Below are positions 1 to 8,574 of a stretch of 32,000 nt of DNA, piece after piece. The notes beneath the pieces are model-generated. The model did not search any database. It was given only the letters and a program-made list of their open reading frames with translations, and had not been told where the DNA came from. How positions within the stretch are numbered: position 1 is the first letter of the stretch; each line of letters opens with the position of its first letter. Origin of the DNA: Copranaerobaculum intestinale (GTDB taxonomy: Bacteria; Bacillota_I; Bacilli_A; Erysipelotrichales; Erysipelotrichaceae); NCBI RefSeq assembly GCF_009831105.1, contig NZ_WUUQ01000002.1, forward strand, positions 390,001 to 422,000, written 5' to 3'. The position numbers and the translations under genes are program-made.

Positions 1-170
1 TTCCGTTCAACATTGATGAAGATGAAAGTCAGTTGATCGCTTTGGCGGCAGTAAAGTATGTCTTTTATGCATACGGCGAGCAGCCGGCATTTGAGAAATT
101 TCTTGCGGAAAAAGCACTTGCGCAAAGCAGTGGTTATGAATTATTATTAAATAAGCATGACATGGAATAA
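1..170 (+). CDS. 3' end of an unidentified upstream CDS (partial, runs off window start)
   Basis: Frame 3 is open from the window edge to TAA 168-170 (...AEKALAQSSGYELLLNKHDME*). The other + frames hit early stops. No family is recognisable from 55 residues. Confidence 0.45.
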   Translation, partial: PFNIDEDESQLIALAAVKYVFYAYGEQPAFEKFLAEKALAQSSGYELLLNKHDME

Positions 171-215
171 GAAAACAGATACATGCATAAAAGCAGTTAC
201 TAGGAGGAACGAACA

Positions 216-1484
216 ATGAGTTCAACATGGCAGTTAAACGAAAAATCAAAAGGTGAATTAAAAGCAACCGTAAACGGCGAAACCTGGACGAAAGCACAGG
301 ATAAAGCATTTAAGAAACTGGCGCAGAAAGTAAATCTGCCAGGCTTTCGTAAAGGACAGGCACCTTTGAACATGGTGAAGAAGCACGTCGGCAAACAGAA
401 TATCCTGATGGAAGCGATCGATGAAGTAGCCGGAGAAGCACTGATGAACGGTGTGAAAGAACACGAGCTGCAGATGATTGCACGCCCGGAGCTGGGAGTC
501 GAGAAAATCGATGAAAATGAAGTTGTGCTGACTTTCGCAATCACGGTAAAACCAGAGGTTACGCTGGGTGAGTATAAAAACCTGGATGTGAAGAAAGATA
601 AAGTAAAAGTTACCGCGAAAGAAGTTGAGGAAGAAGCAGCGAAGCTGCAGGAAAAATTTGCTGAGCTGGTTGTCAAAGAAGAAGGCGAAGCAGTTGAAAA
701 CGGTGATACTGCGGTCATTGATTTTGAAGGATTTAAAGATGATGTTCCTTTTGAAGGCGGTAAAGGAGAAAGCTATCCGCTGGTGATCGGTTCTGGTTCT
801 TTCATCCCTGGCTTTGAAGAACAGCTGGTTGGTATGAAAGCAAATGAAACGAAGGATATCAATGTGACGTTCCCGGCCGAATATCAGGCAGCAGAATTAG
901 CTGGCCAGCCGGTGGTATTCAAAGTAACCGTACACGAAATCAAAAAGAAAGAGCTTCCGGCACTGGATGATGAACTGGTAAAACAGGCTGAAATCAAGGA
1001 TGTTGAAACTCTGGAAGCATATAAAGAATATCTTAAAAAGCAGTTAACAGAAGCTAAGACGAATCAGGCAGAAGAAAAATATACCAATGATATTCTGACG
1101 AAAATCTGTGAAAACAGCAAGGTTGAAATTCCGCAGATCATGATCGATGATGAAACAGATCGTCTGGTAAATGATTTTGCTCAGCGTTTGCAGTCACAGG
1201 GCTTCTCACTGGATCAGTTCAAGCAGATCACCGGGCAGAGCCAGGAAGCAATTCGTGCTGAGCTGGGAAAAGATGCGGAACAGAAAGTCAATGTACGACT
1301 GGTTCTGGAAGCAATCGCTGCCAAGGAAGGTATTGAAGTAAGTGATGAAGAAGTAGAAGCAGAATATACAAAACTTGCCGAGAATTACCACATGGAAGTG
1401 GAGAAAATCAAAGAGCTGCTGGATCATAATGCAATCGCCTACGATTTAGAAATCCGTAAAGCGATGGATCTGGTAAAAGCTTAG
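216..1484 (+). CDS. tig: Trigger factor (ribosome-associated chaperone / FKBP-type PPIase)
   Basis: 422-aa ORF with AGGAGG about 8 nt upstream. Has the N-terminal ribosome-binding motif GFRKGQAP and a central FKBP-like segment (VIDFEGF...GSGSFIPGFEEQLVGMK). Length and acidic C-terminal arm are typical of trigger factor. Confidence 0.97.
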   Translation: MSSTWQLNEKSKGELKATVNGETWTKAQDKAFKKLAQKVNLPGFRKGQAPLNMVKKHVGKQNILMEAIDEVAGEALMNGVKEHELQMIARPELGVEKIDENEVVLTFAITVKPEVTLGEYKNLDVKKDKVKVTAKEVEEEAAKLQEKFAELVVKEEGEAVENGDTAVIDFEGFKDDVPFEGGKGESYPLVIGSGSFIPGFEEQLVGMKANETKDINVTFPAEYQAAELAGQPVVFKVTVHEIKKKELPALDDELVKQAEIKDVETLEAYKEYLKKQLTEAKTNQAEEKYTNDILTKICENSKVEIPQIMIDDETDRLVNDFAQRLQSQGFSLDQFKQITGQSQEAIRAELGKDAEQKVNVRLVLEAIAAKEGIEVSDEEVEAEYTKLAENYHMEVEKIKELLDHNAIAYDLEIRKAMDLVKA

Positions 1485-1493
1485 TAAGGAATG

Positions 1494-1520
1494 AAAGAGA
1501 CGCTTCCTGCGTCTTTTTTA
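1494..1520 (+). terminator. Rho-independent terminator/attenuator after tig
   Basis: Stem AGACGC (1498-1503) / GCGTCT (1509-1514) with loop TTCCT, followed by a T-run to 1519. It lies only about 25 nt upstream of the lon start, so it is possibly leaky. Confidence 0.6.
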
Positions 1521-1544
1521 GGCTTTTGAAAGGAGTGTTTAAGA

Positions 1545-3863
1545 ATGGAAGAAAAAAATTTGGAAATGCAGTATCCAGTGGTTTGCACACGGGGTGTAGT
1601 CGTGTTCCCAAATCAGGAAATATCCATTGATGTGGGACGCACCAAAAGCATGCAGGCGGTTGAGGAAGCACAGCTTCATTTTGATAATACGGTAGTTTTA
1701 GTAGCACAGAAGGATGTTGCGATGGAAGATCCTAAGGCTGAGGATATCTTCGGCTTCGGAACGCTTTGTGTAATCAAGCATGTGCGCCGTATGGAGGGCT
1801 ATCTGCGCGTAAAATTCCGCGGTGTAAAAAGAGCATCGATCCAGACTCTGATTAACGATGATACGATGATGAGTGCTGACATTGAACTCATGGAAGATGT
1901 CATGCAGAATCCGAAAGAGGAAATTGCTTTGGTGCGCCGGATCGCTCATCAGTTTGAAGAAATTGATATTATCAATCAGCATCTGCCGAAAGAGATGATC
2001 AACGAGCTGGCTAAGGGCGTATCCGCGCCACAGCTGGCCGATCAGGTATCACAGTTATTCCCGCTGTCGCTGGAGAAGCGTCAGGAACTGTTAGAAACGC
2101 TGGGCGTCAATGACCGGCTGCTTCTGATATTGCAGGAAATTGAAAGTGAAAAGGAGCTTTCTCAGATTGAGAATCGGATCAATGAAAAAGTAAAAACCCG
2201 CATCGAGGAAAGTCAAAAGGAATACTATCTGCGTGAGAAGCTGCGCGCGATCAAAGAAGAACTCGGTGATGTACCGGATCAGGACAGCGATATTGATGAA
2301 ATGCGCAAGCAGATCGAGGATCATCCTTATCCGGAGTACGTAAAGGAAAAGGCTCGCGAAGAGCTGCAGCGTTATGAAATGCTGCCAGCCGCATCGGGGG
2401 AATCCGGGGTTATTAAAACATATCTGGATTGGCTGCTGAAGCTGCCTTGGTGGCAGGAAACCGAAGATGAGGAAGACTTAAACCATGCGGCTGAGGTATT
2501 GGATGCGGATCACTATGGCTTGGAAAAAGTAAAAACCCGCATCATGGAATATTTGGCAGTGAAGCAGATGACCAATTCACTGAAGGCGCCGATTCTTTGT
2601 TTAGTCGGTCCTCCGGGGGTCGGTAAGACTTCACTTTCAAAATCGGTTGCCCGTGCGTTAAACCGTAAATTTGTGAAAATTTCATTAGGCGGAGTCAAGG
2701 ATGAAAGCGAGATCCGCGGTCATCGCAGAACCTATTTGGGTTCGCTGCCGGGACGTTTTATCCAGGGCATGAAAAAGGCCGGTACGATCAATCCGGTATT
2801 TCTGATTGATGAAATTGATAAAATGGCATCAGATTACAAGGGAGATCCGGCCAGTGCGATGCTGGAGGTATTGGATCCGGAGCAGAATTCTTTGTTCTCT
2901 GATCATTATTTAGAAGAAACCTATGATCTTTCTAAGGTGCTGTTTATCGCAACTGCCAATTATCTGGAAGATATTCCCGCGGCATTGCGTGATCGTTTAG
3001 AAATCATCAATCTTTCCTCTTATACGGAAGTTGAAAAGGTTAAGATTGCCGAACGTCATCTGGTGCCGAAGCAGTTAAAAGAAAACGGCTTAAAGGCCTC
3101 TCAGTTGAAGATCGATGAAGACATGCTGTTATATTTGATTCGCTATTACACGCGGGAAAGCGGAGTGCGTCAGCTGGAGCGTACGATTGCGACAGTCTGC
3201 CGCAAGAGTGTATTGGCGATATTAAAGGATAAAAAGAAATCTATAAAGCTCACGAAAAAGCTTTGCCGTGAATGGTTGGGCAACGAAATGTTCGACTATG
3301 GCAAGCGGGAGAAGAAGGATCAGGTGGGAACCGTCACCGGACTTGCCTATACCAGCTTCGGCGGTGATGTGCTGCAGATCGAGGTTACACACTTTGACGG
3401 CAAGGGCAAACTGGTCATTACCGGCCAGCTTGGCGATGTCATGAAGGAAAGCGCGACGATTGCATACGATTATGTTCGTGCGAATGCTAAAAAATATAAG
3501 ATTAAATCAGATATCTTCGAAAATAATGATATTCATATTCATGTGCCGGAGGGAGCGGTGCCAAAGGATGGTCCGAGTGCCGGAGTTACTCTTACCACGG
3601 CGCTGGTATCCTCACTCAGCAATCGCCCGGTTCATGCGGATCTGGCAATGACCGGTGAAGTCACACTGCGCGGCAATGTTCTTCCAATCGGCGGCTTGAA
3701 AGAAAAGTCGATGGCGGCTCACCGCTGTGGCATTAAAACGGTCGTGATCCCTAAAGGCAATGTTAAGGATATCGATGAGATTCCATCGATCGTAAAGGAA
3801 AGTGTGAACTTCGTGCCGGTAGACAACGTGTCTCAGGTTCTGGATATCGCACTGAGTAAATAG
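1545..3863 (+). CDS. lon: ATP-dependent Lon protease (LonA type)
   Basis: 772 aa with a Lon N-terminal domain. AAA+ Walker A GPPGVGKTS and Walker B FLIDEIDK are present. The C-terminal protease domain has PKDGPSAG (catalytic Ser) and the GGLKEK lysine region. AGGAG lies upstream. Confidence 0.97.
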   Translation: MEEKNLEMQYPVVCTRGVVVFPNQEISIDVGRTKSMQAVEEAQLHFDNTVVLVAQKDVAMEDPKAEDIFGFGTLCVIKHVRRMEGYLRVKFRGVKRASIQTLINDDTMMSADIELMEDVMQNPKEEIALVRRIAHQFEEIDIINQHLPKEMINELAKGVSAPQLADQVSQLFPLSLEKRQELLETLGVNDRLLLILQEIESEKELSQIENRINEKVKTRIEESQKEYYLREKLRAIKEELGDVPDQDSDIDEMRKQIEDHPYPEYVKEKAREELQRYEMLPAASGESGVIKTYLDWLLKLPWWQETEDEEDLNHAAEVLDADHYGLEKVKTRIMEYLAVKQMTNSLKAPILCLVGPPGVGKTSLSKSVARALNRKFVKISLGGVKDESEIRGHRRTYLGSLPGRFIQGMKKAGTINPVFLIDEIDKMASDYKGDPASAMLEVLDPEQNSLFSDHYLEETYDLSKVLFIATANYLEDIPAALRDRLEIINLSSYTEVEKVKIAERHLVPKQLKENGLKASQLKIDEDMLLYLIRYYTRESGVRQLERTIATVCRKSVLAILKDKKKSIKLTKKLCREWLGNEMFDYGKREKKDQVGTVTGLAYTSFGGDVLQIEVTHFDGKGKLVITGQLGDVMKESATIAYDYVRANAKKYKIKSDIFENNDIHIHVPEGAVPKDGPSAGVTLTTALVSSLSNRPVHADLAMTGEVTLRGNVLPIGGLKEKSMAAHRCGIKTVVIPKGNVKDIDEIPSIVKESVNFVPVDNVSQVLDIALSK

Positions 3864-3865
3864 TC

Positions 3866-4450
3866 ATGCAGTTTCAAAAAGCGGAATTGGTGATATCCGC
3901 TGCGTCCAAGGTGCAGTGGCCACAGACCGAGCTTCCGGAAATTGTGCTGGCCGGACGAAGCAATGTCGGGAAATCATCGCTGATCAATGCGCTGACCGGA
4001 CGTAAAAAGCTTGCTTATGTCGGAAATACACCCGGTAAAACAAGATTATTGAACTTCTTTAATTTGGATGATCAATACATGTTTGTCGATGTGCCCGGCT
4101 ATGGGTATGCCAATATTTCTAAGCAGCAGCTCATTCGCTTCGGTGAAATGATGGAAGACTATTTCAATGAACGCATGCAGAAGCGGGGATTGCTGTTGAT
4201 TGTGGATGCCCGGCATAAACCGACTGAAGATGATCTGACGATGATCGACTTTGTCCGTTATTACGATCTTCCGGTTGTAGTAGCAGCGACAAAGTATGAT
4301 AAAGTAAAACCATCGCAGCGTCAGCACAATCTGAAAGTGATCAAGGAAACATTATGTCTGCGTGATGAGGAAAAATTAATTCCGTTTTCAGCCGAAACCA
4401 AGCTCGGCGTTGATGAGGTGTGGGATGCGCTGCTGGAAATGCTCCATTAG
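3866..4450 (+). CDS. engB: Ribosome-biogenesis GTPase EngB/YsxC
   Basis: 194 aa with G1 GRSNVGKSSLINAL, G3 DVPGYG and G4 TKYDK. The ATG lies 2 nt after the lon stop. lon-ysxC adjacency is as in Bacillus. Confidence 0.93.
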   Translation: MQFQKAELVISAASKVQWPQTELPEIVLAGRSNVGKSSLINALTGRKKLAYVGNTPGKTRLLNFFNLDDQYMFVDVPGYGYANISKQQLIRFGEMMEDYFNERMQKRGLLLIVDARHKPTEDDLTMIDFVRYYDLPVVVAATKYDKVKPSQRQHNLKVIKETLCLRDEEKLIPFSAETKLGVDEVWDALLEMLH

Positions 4451-4486
4451 AACACATAGTTTATGAAGCTATGTGTTTTTCTTTTG
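4451..4486 (+). terminator. Rho-independent terminator after engB
   Basis: Stem AACACATAG (4451-4459) / CTATGTGTT (4469-4477) with a 9-nt loop, then TTTTTCTTTT. Confidence 0.8.
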
Positions 4487-4636
4487 ATAATTTAGATATT
4501 CAAACAGACTTCATGCTGTTTTATAGAAGCAGCAGATGCTGATAAGGCAAGCGCACATAGCTGCATCATAAGTATAAAAAGGGAATACAGGCATAAAAGA
4601 AACTGAAAAAGCATAGATAATCATAGGAGGAATCTT

Positions 4637-5344
4637 ATGAAAACAATGCGTATAGAAAAAAATCTGCATCTTCATGATACAGTTGATGAGGTGGTGAATC
4701 TGCACGTCAGTGAAGCTCTTAAATACAATAAGGAAGAAGACGGCATTCGTGCGGTAGGACCGCTTTACATCAAAGGACAGTATTTGCATGAAGGAGAACA
4801 GAAACCGTTTCAAGAAGTTTTGGATATGGATGTATTGGCACCACATGAAAAACTGATGCCGAAGGAAACATTTGATCTGGAAGTTATGAAATATGAAGGA
4901 ACTCCAAGTGAAGACGGGATTCATCTATTGGTGCAAATGGGTATCCACGGGCTGAAAGAAGACAGTAAAGTAAATGAGCCGGTGGAGGTCAGTGAAGCTC
5001 CGGCTTCACAGCCGCAATCAAAACCGATTGCGGAGGCGCCGACCATAGCTGAAGAGCCGCCTTTGACGAAATCCATTGATCAGGATGAGGAGCAGTCGGC
5101 ATCAGCTGAGCCGACTGATATCAGCGAGCTGGAGGATCTGTTTGAAGGGACGGACAGCGTATATACTTCATATCGAATGATCGTTGCGAAACCGGATGAT
5201 ACGTATGCGTCGATTGCGCAGCGTTATGAAGTTGATGAAAGTGTCCTTCGCAATACAAACCGCAATAAGGATATATTTCCTAAGACGCTGGTTGTCTTGC
5301 CGTTTGGACAAGGAAGTCAAGAAAAAGAAACGGTAACGAAATAG
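4637..5344 (+). CDS. Short SpoVID-like protein: N-terminal SPOCS-like domain, acidic/Pro-rich linker, C-terminal LysM domain
   Basis: 235 aa with AGGAGG upstream. The C-terminal LysM pattern is YRMIVAKPDDTYASIAQRYEVDESVLRNTN...LVVLP. The N-terminal part resembles the SpoVID N-domain layout (paired beta-rich segments ending ...LLVQMGIHGL). Its position between ysxC and valS matches spoVID in B. subtilis. Confidence 0.55.
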   Translation: MKTMRIEKNLHLHDTVDEVVNLHVSEALKYNKEEDGIRAVGPLYIKGQYLHEGEQKPFQEVLDMDVLAPHEKLMPKETFDLEVMKYEGTPSEDGIHLLVQMGIHGLKEDSKVNEPVEVSEAPASQPQSKPIAEAPTIAEEPPLTKSIDQDEEQSASAEPTDISELEDLFEGTDSVYTSYRMIVAKPDDTYASIAQRYEVDESVLRNTNRNKDIFPKTLVVLPFGQGSQEKETVTK

Positions 5345-5422
5345 ATTGAATCAAAGTGTCTATGAGGTTGCGCGTGTAAATAATTTTGAGTAAACTCAAT
5401 TCATACTATGATTGCATAGATC

Positions 5423-5460
5423 GTGATAGTATCAAGCATAAAGGTACTATCACTTTTTTA
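5423..5460 (+). terminator. Rho-independent terminator after the SpoVID-like gene
   Basis: Stem GTGATAGTA (5423-5431) / TACTATCAC (5445-5453) followed by TTTTTT. Confidence 0.75.
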
Positions 5461-5891
5461 CTGTTTTATCATAATGATAATGTTTATCAATGAACACTTT
5501 TATTCTGTCTTTAAATATATCACACGGTTAAAAGACTAAATTTTATATTCAATTTATGAGTGATTTATTTCATTTTCTTTATGTTTATTCCGGATCTTAA
5601 CTTTTCACTTTCCGCAACTGGGAAATTGGCATGTTAAAATTTGACAAGTGGTGGTAATTGTTATATTCTTATCAAGAAGGATTACAACACAGCATTTGTC
5701 TATAAAGGTAAACAATTATAGACTCTTCTTAAATTCCCTTTTTACATATAATAGATATACAATTATAGTCTTTTTTTTTGCTTTAAGACGCTCCTGCATG
5801 ATACCTATCAAAGTTTACCTTAATAAACAAGAGGGAGAATGCATATGAATTATCTATGCTGAGAAATAAAAAGGGAGGATAAGAGGAGAAA

Positions 5892-8492
5892 ATGAAAAAA
5901 AGAATTATAAAGTATTTGGTGAGTGGGATATTAGTATTATTTATATTAATTTCTGGTGTTAAAGGATTTGAAATCATTATTCATGGGAATTCTGTAGTAG
6001 ATCTTCTTATTGATCATGCTGTAAATGAAGATAGAACATCTGTTGATGTTTCATGGAAAGGTGTTGTAAAGGACGGTTATACGATTGTTGCTATTCAAAA
6101 AGATGGTGAACAAAGAGTAGCTGGACAATCATTAGAAACGACAATTCATGAAAATGGAACATATAAAATTATTGTGTATTATGTCCAAAATGATCATGAA
6201 GCAAATCCAGAGAATCCTAAACAAGAAGAAAGTGTTGAATTTGAGGATACAATTACAGAAATTCAAGAAGAAACTTCTGATATTAAATCATCTGATAAAA
6301 GTACATCTATTTCACAGATACAAACTTATAGTTCTAGGGAAATAGGAGATACTGAGGATCTTATTATTGATGAAACAAGTTTTCCGGATGAGGAATTTCG
6401 AGCTTGGATAAAAAGTCAAAGCTATGGCAGTGATGGAAAATTAACACCTTCCGAACGAAGAAATGTAATCATGATAAGCCTTCCTCAGCATGGAACAATT
6501 AAAAATTTAGATGGTATTGAATACTTTACAGAGTTAACCCATTTGTATTGTTCATATCAAGAGTTGAATAAACTGGATTTGTCAAAAAACACAAAACTTG
6601 AAATGCTAGAGTGTTTTAAAAATCAACTCACAAGTTTGGATTTATCACAAAATATCAATTTGGATTATTTATATTGTTCTTATAACAATCTTACTGAATT
6701 GAATGTTGATAATAATCCACTTTTGACAGATTTGTATTGTGAGAATAACCAACTTACAGCACTTGATGTTAAAAATAATATAAAATTGAAACTCTTGCGT
6801 TGTAGTGTGAATAAAATTGAATCTTTGGATATAAAGACAAATGTATTGTTAGAAGATTTTGAATGCGCAAATAATAAAATAAAATCACTTGACATCAGTC
6901 ATAATCCCAATTTGACTACGGTTTATTGTTATACAAATGAATTAGAAACCTTAACGGTTGGCAATCTTACAAAATTAGATACTTTATTTTGTCAAACGAA
7001 TAAACTTAAAACATTAGATGTAAGTGCGTGCATTTCATTGAAACAATTTTGGTGTGGTAGCAATCAATTACGGTATATGGACATGTCTAACTGCACAAAA
7101 TTAACTTCATTAAGTCTTGGAACTCAACAATTAGGAGATATTTATTTGGATCATGGGAATGTGTTTGATTTACATACATTGGATGAACATATTAATAGTG
7201 ATAATATTACACAAGCTGATACAACCGCTGCTTATCATACATTAGAAGGAACTGTCATTACTAGCATTGGAATGGGATATTATTTTTACTATGATATTGA
7301 TTGTGGGTTTGCTAATAAAACAATGAGAGTTGGTATTATATTCAGAGGAATCAATGACTGGAAGACACCATTATCAATAGAAAATTGGCGAGTAGGGGAA
7401 ACACCCCAGCAACCTAAGGCCAGCGCATGGTTTGGAGATAATACATTAAAATATCAATATGCTCAAACAGCCAATGGTGAATATCATGATGAGATACCCA
7501 ATACTGCTGGAACATGGTATGTCAAGGCATCGGTAACTGGAGCTACAACATATGCGGGATTGGAAAGCGACCCGGTTATGTTTACGATTAATGCATGGAC
7601 TTCATCTTTGAAGATTGACGATTGGTCATATGGTGAAAAGGCAAAGACACCAACCATAGAAGCAGCAATAGGAACCAAGGATGTTCATTATGTTTATAGT
7701 AATACACTAGATGGTACATATAGTGAGGACATTCCTACTGAAGCGGGTTCATGGTATGTCAAAGCTATTTTACATGATACAGATGAGTATAAAGGATTAG
7801 AAAGTCAACCAACAAAGTTTCAAATTCATCAAGCTAAAAATCACTGGATTCAAAATCCAAGTCTAGATAATTGGACTTATGGTGTTAATGGTGCTGTCCC
7901 TCAGGCAAAGGCTGCTTTTGGTACAAATGCTGTTATTTATCAGTACAGTGACAAAGAAGATGGTCTTTATACGAGTCAAAAACCTAATAGAGCCGGAATT
8001 TGGTATATGAAAGCATATATTCAAGAAACTGCAAATTATGAAGGATTAGAGATGAATGTTCGTTTTGAAATTATACAGCCACAAGTTAAAATTGAAGAAA
8101 CAGATACGATATATATTATAAATAGCGGAAAAAATATGGTGTTTGTATGCAGTGGTTTGCTTCCCAATTTAACAGGAGTGTACATAGATGGAAATTCTCT
8201 TGATCAAAAAAATTATATTCTTGAATCGGGAAGTACAATCCTGACTTTGAAAGAAAATTATTTAAATGGGCTTGATGAGGGATGGCATGTATTGCAATTT
8301 GTATATGGAAATACAAAGGTTGAAACACGTTTTATGGTTCAAAGACCTATTGATGATAATACGACGATAACACATAAGCCTGATGTGAATACAGGGGACA
8401 GTACCAATAGATATGGACTCATCTTATTATTTGGAGCAAGTTTTGTTGCCTTGAATTTAATCATGATGAATCGACATAAAAAGAAATTATAG
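5892..8492 (+). CDS. Large cell-surface protein: signal peptide, about 10 leucine-rich repeats, three tandem W-x-YG domains, Ig-like region, LPXTG-like (DVNTG) sorting signal
   Basis: 866 aa with GAGGAG upstream. N-terminal signal/anchor is MKKRIIKYLVSGILVLFILISG. Contains 21-residue repeats of form L..L.C..N.L..LD.S.N.. . The C-terminus is VNTGD followed by a hydrophobic stretch and RHKKKL. Markedly AT-rich compared with its neighbours. Confidence 0.85.
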   Translation: MKKRIIKYLVSGILVLFILISGVKGFEIIIHGNSVVDLLIDHAVNEDRTSVDVSWKGVVKDGYTIVAIQKDGEQRVAGQSLETTIHENGTYKIIVYYVQNDHEANPENPKQEESVEFEDTITEIQEETSDIKSSDKSTSISQIQTYSSREIGDTEDLIIDETSFPDEEFRAWIKSQSYGSDGKLTPSERRNVIMISLPQHGTIKNLDGIEYFTELTHLYCSYQELNKLDLSKNTKLEMLECFKNQLTSLDLSQNINLDYLYCSYNNLTELNVDNNPLLTDLYCENNQLTALDVKNNIKLKLLRCSVNKIESLDIKTNVLLEDFECANNKIKSLDISHNPNLTTVYCYTNELETLTVGNLTKLDTLFCQTNKLKTLDVSACISLKQFWCGSNQLRYMDMSNCTKLTSLSLGTQQLGDIYLDHGNVFDLHTLDEHINSDNITQADTTAAYHTLEGTVITSIGMGYYFYYDIDCGFANKTMRVGIIFRGINDWKTPLSIENWRVGETPQQPKASAWFGDNTLKYQYAQTANGEYHDEIPNTAGTWYVKASVTGATTYAGLESDPVMFTINAWTSSLKIDDWSYGEKAKTPTIEAAIGTKDVHYVYSNTLDGTYSEDIPTEAGSWYVKAILHDTDEYKGLESQPTKFQIHQAKNHWIQNPSLDNWTYGVNGAVPQAKAAFGTNAVIYQYSDKEDGLYTSQKPNRAGIWYMKAYIQETANYEGLEMNVRFEIIQPQVKIEETDTIYIINSGKNMVFVCSGLLPNLTGVYIDGNSLDQKNYILESGSTILTLKENYLNGLDEGWHVLQFVYGNTKVETRFMVQRPIDDNTTITHKPDVNTGDSTNRYGLILLFGASFVALNLIMMNRHKKKL
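6534..7163 (+). repeat. Coding tandem repeat with 63-bp period (about 10 LRR units of 21 aa)
   Basis: Units run LTHLYCSYQELNKLDLSKNTK / LEMLECFKNQLTSLDLSQNIN / LDYLYCSYNNLTELNVDNNPL ... LKQFWCGSNQLRYMDMSNCTK. They are in frame with the 5892 ORF. Confidence 0.85.
7359..8078 (+). repeat. Three tandem divergent domain repeats of about 80 aa (W-x-YG ... G-WY-KA ... Y-GLES)
   Basis: The repeats start WKTPLSIENWRVGE..., WTSSLKIDDWSYGE... and HWIQNPSLDNWTYGV... . Each ends with ...AG.WYVKA....Y.GLE....F.I. From memory they resemble the YGX-type MBG surface-protein domain. Confidence 0.6.
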
Positions 8493-8574
8493 TCTGTAAA
8501 TTTTCGTGATGATCCCTCTAAGCAGACAACGGAAATTAATAATACGTTGGATACGAAAGGAGGGATCTTTTCTA

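Noticed and set aside
200-718. 172-aa minus-strand ORF, plus the smaller ORFs at 258-464 and 310-540, overlapping tig
   Set aside because: This is a low-complexity Ser/Phe/Thr-rich mirror image of the strongly supported tig frame. It has no SD and no recognisable motifs, so it is a typical antisense shadow ORF.
4511-4924. 137-aa minus-strand ORF opposite the SpoVID-like gene start
   Set aside because: It overlaps the SD and start of a better-supported plus-strand gene. It has no SD and its composition is shadow-like.
5345-5891. Invertible (phase-variable) promoter or c-di-GMP riboswitch in the 547-bp leader of the adhesin gene
   Set aside because: The only flanking inverted repeat I found is 8 nt (GCATAGAT at 5413-5420 and ATCTATGC at 5852-5859), which is expected by chance. 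There is no recombinase gene nearby. I could not find the conserved GEMM-I or GEMM-II core motifs.
5648-5977. 66-aa (+) and 64-aa (-) ORFs in the AT-rich leader of the LRR gene
   Set aside because: They use GTG or poorly contexted starts, have low-complexity Ile/Phe/Leu-rich products as expected from AT-rich DNA, and lack an SD. The second overlaps the true LRR start.
6534-7163. Regular 63-bp periodicity, considered as a possible CRISPR array or non-coding tandem repeat
   Set aside because: The repeats are divergent at the DNA level, have no unique spacers, and sit in frame within an 866-aa ORF. At the protein level they are leucine-rich repeats.
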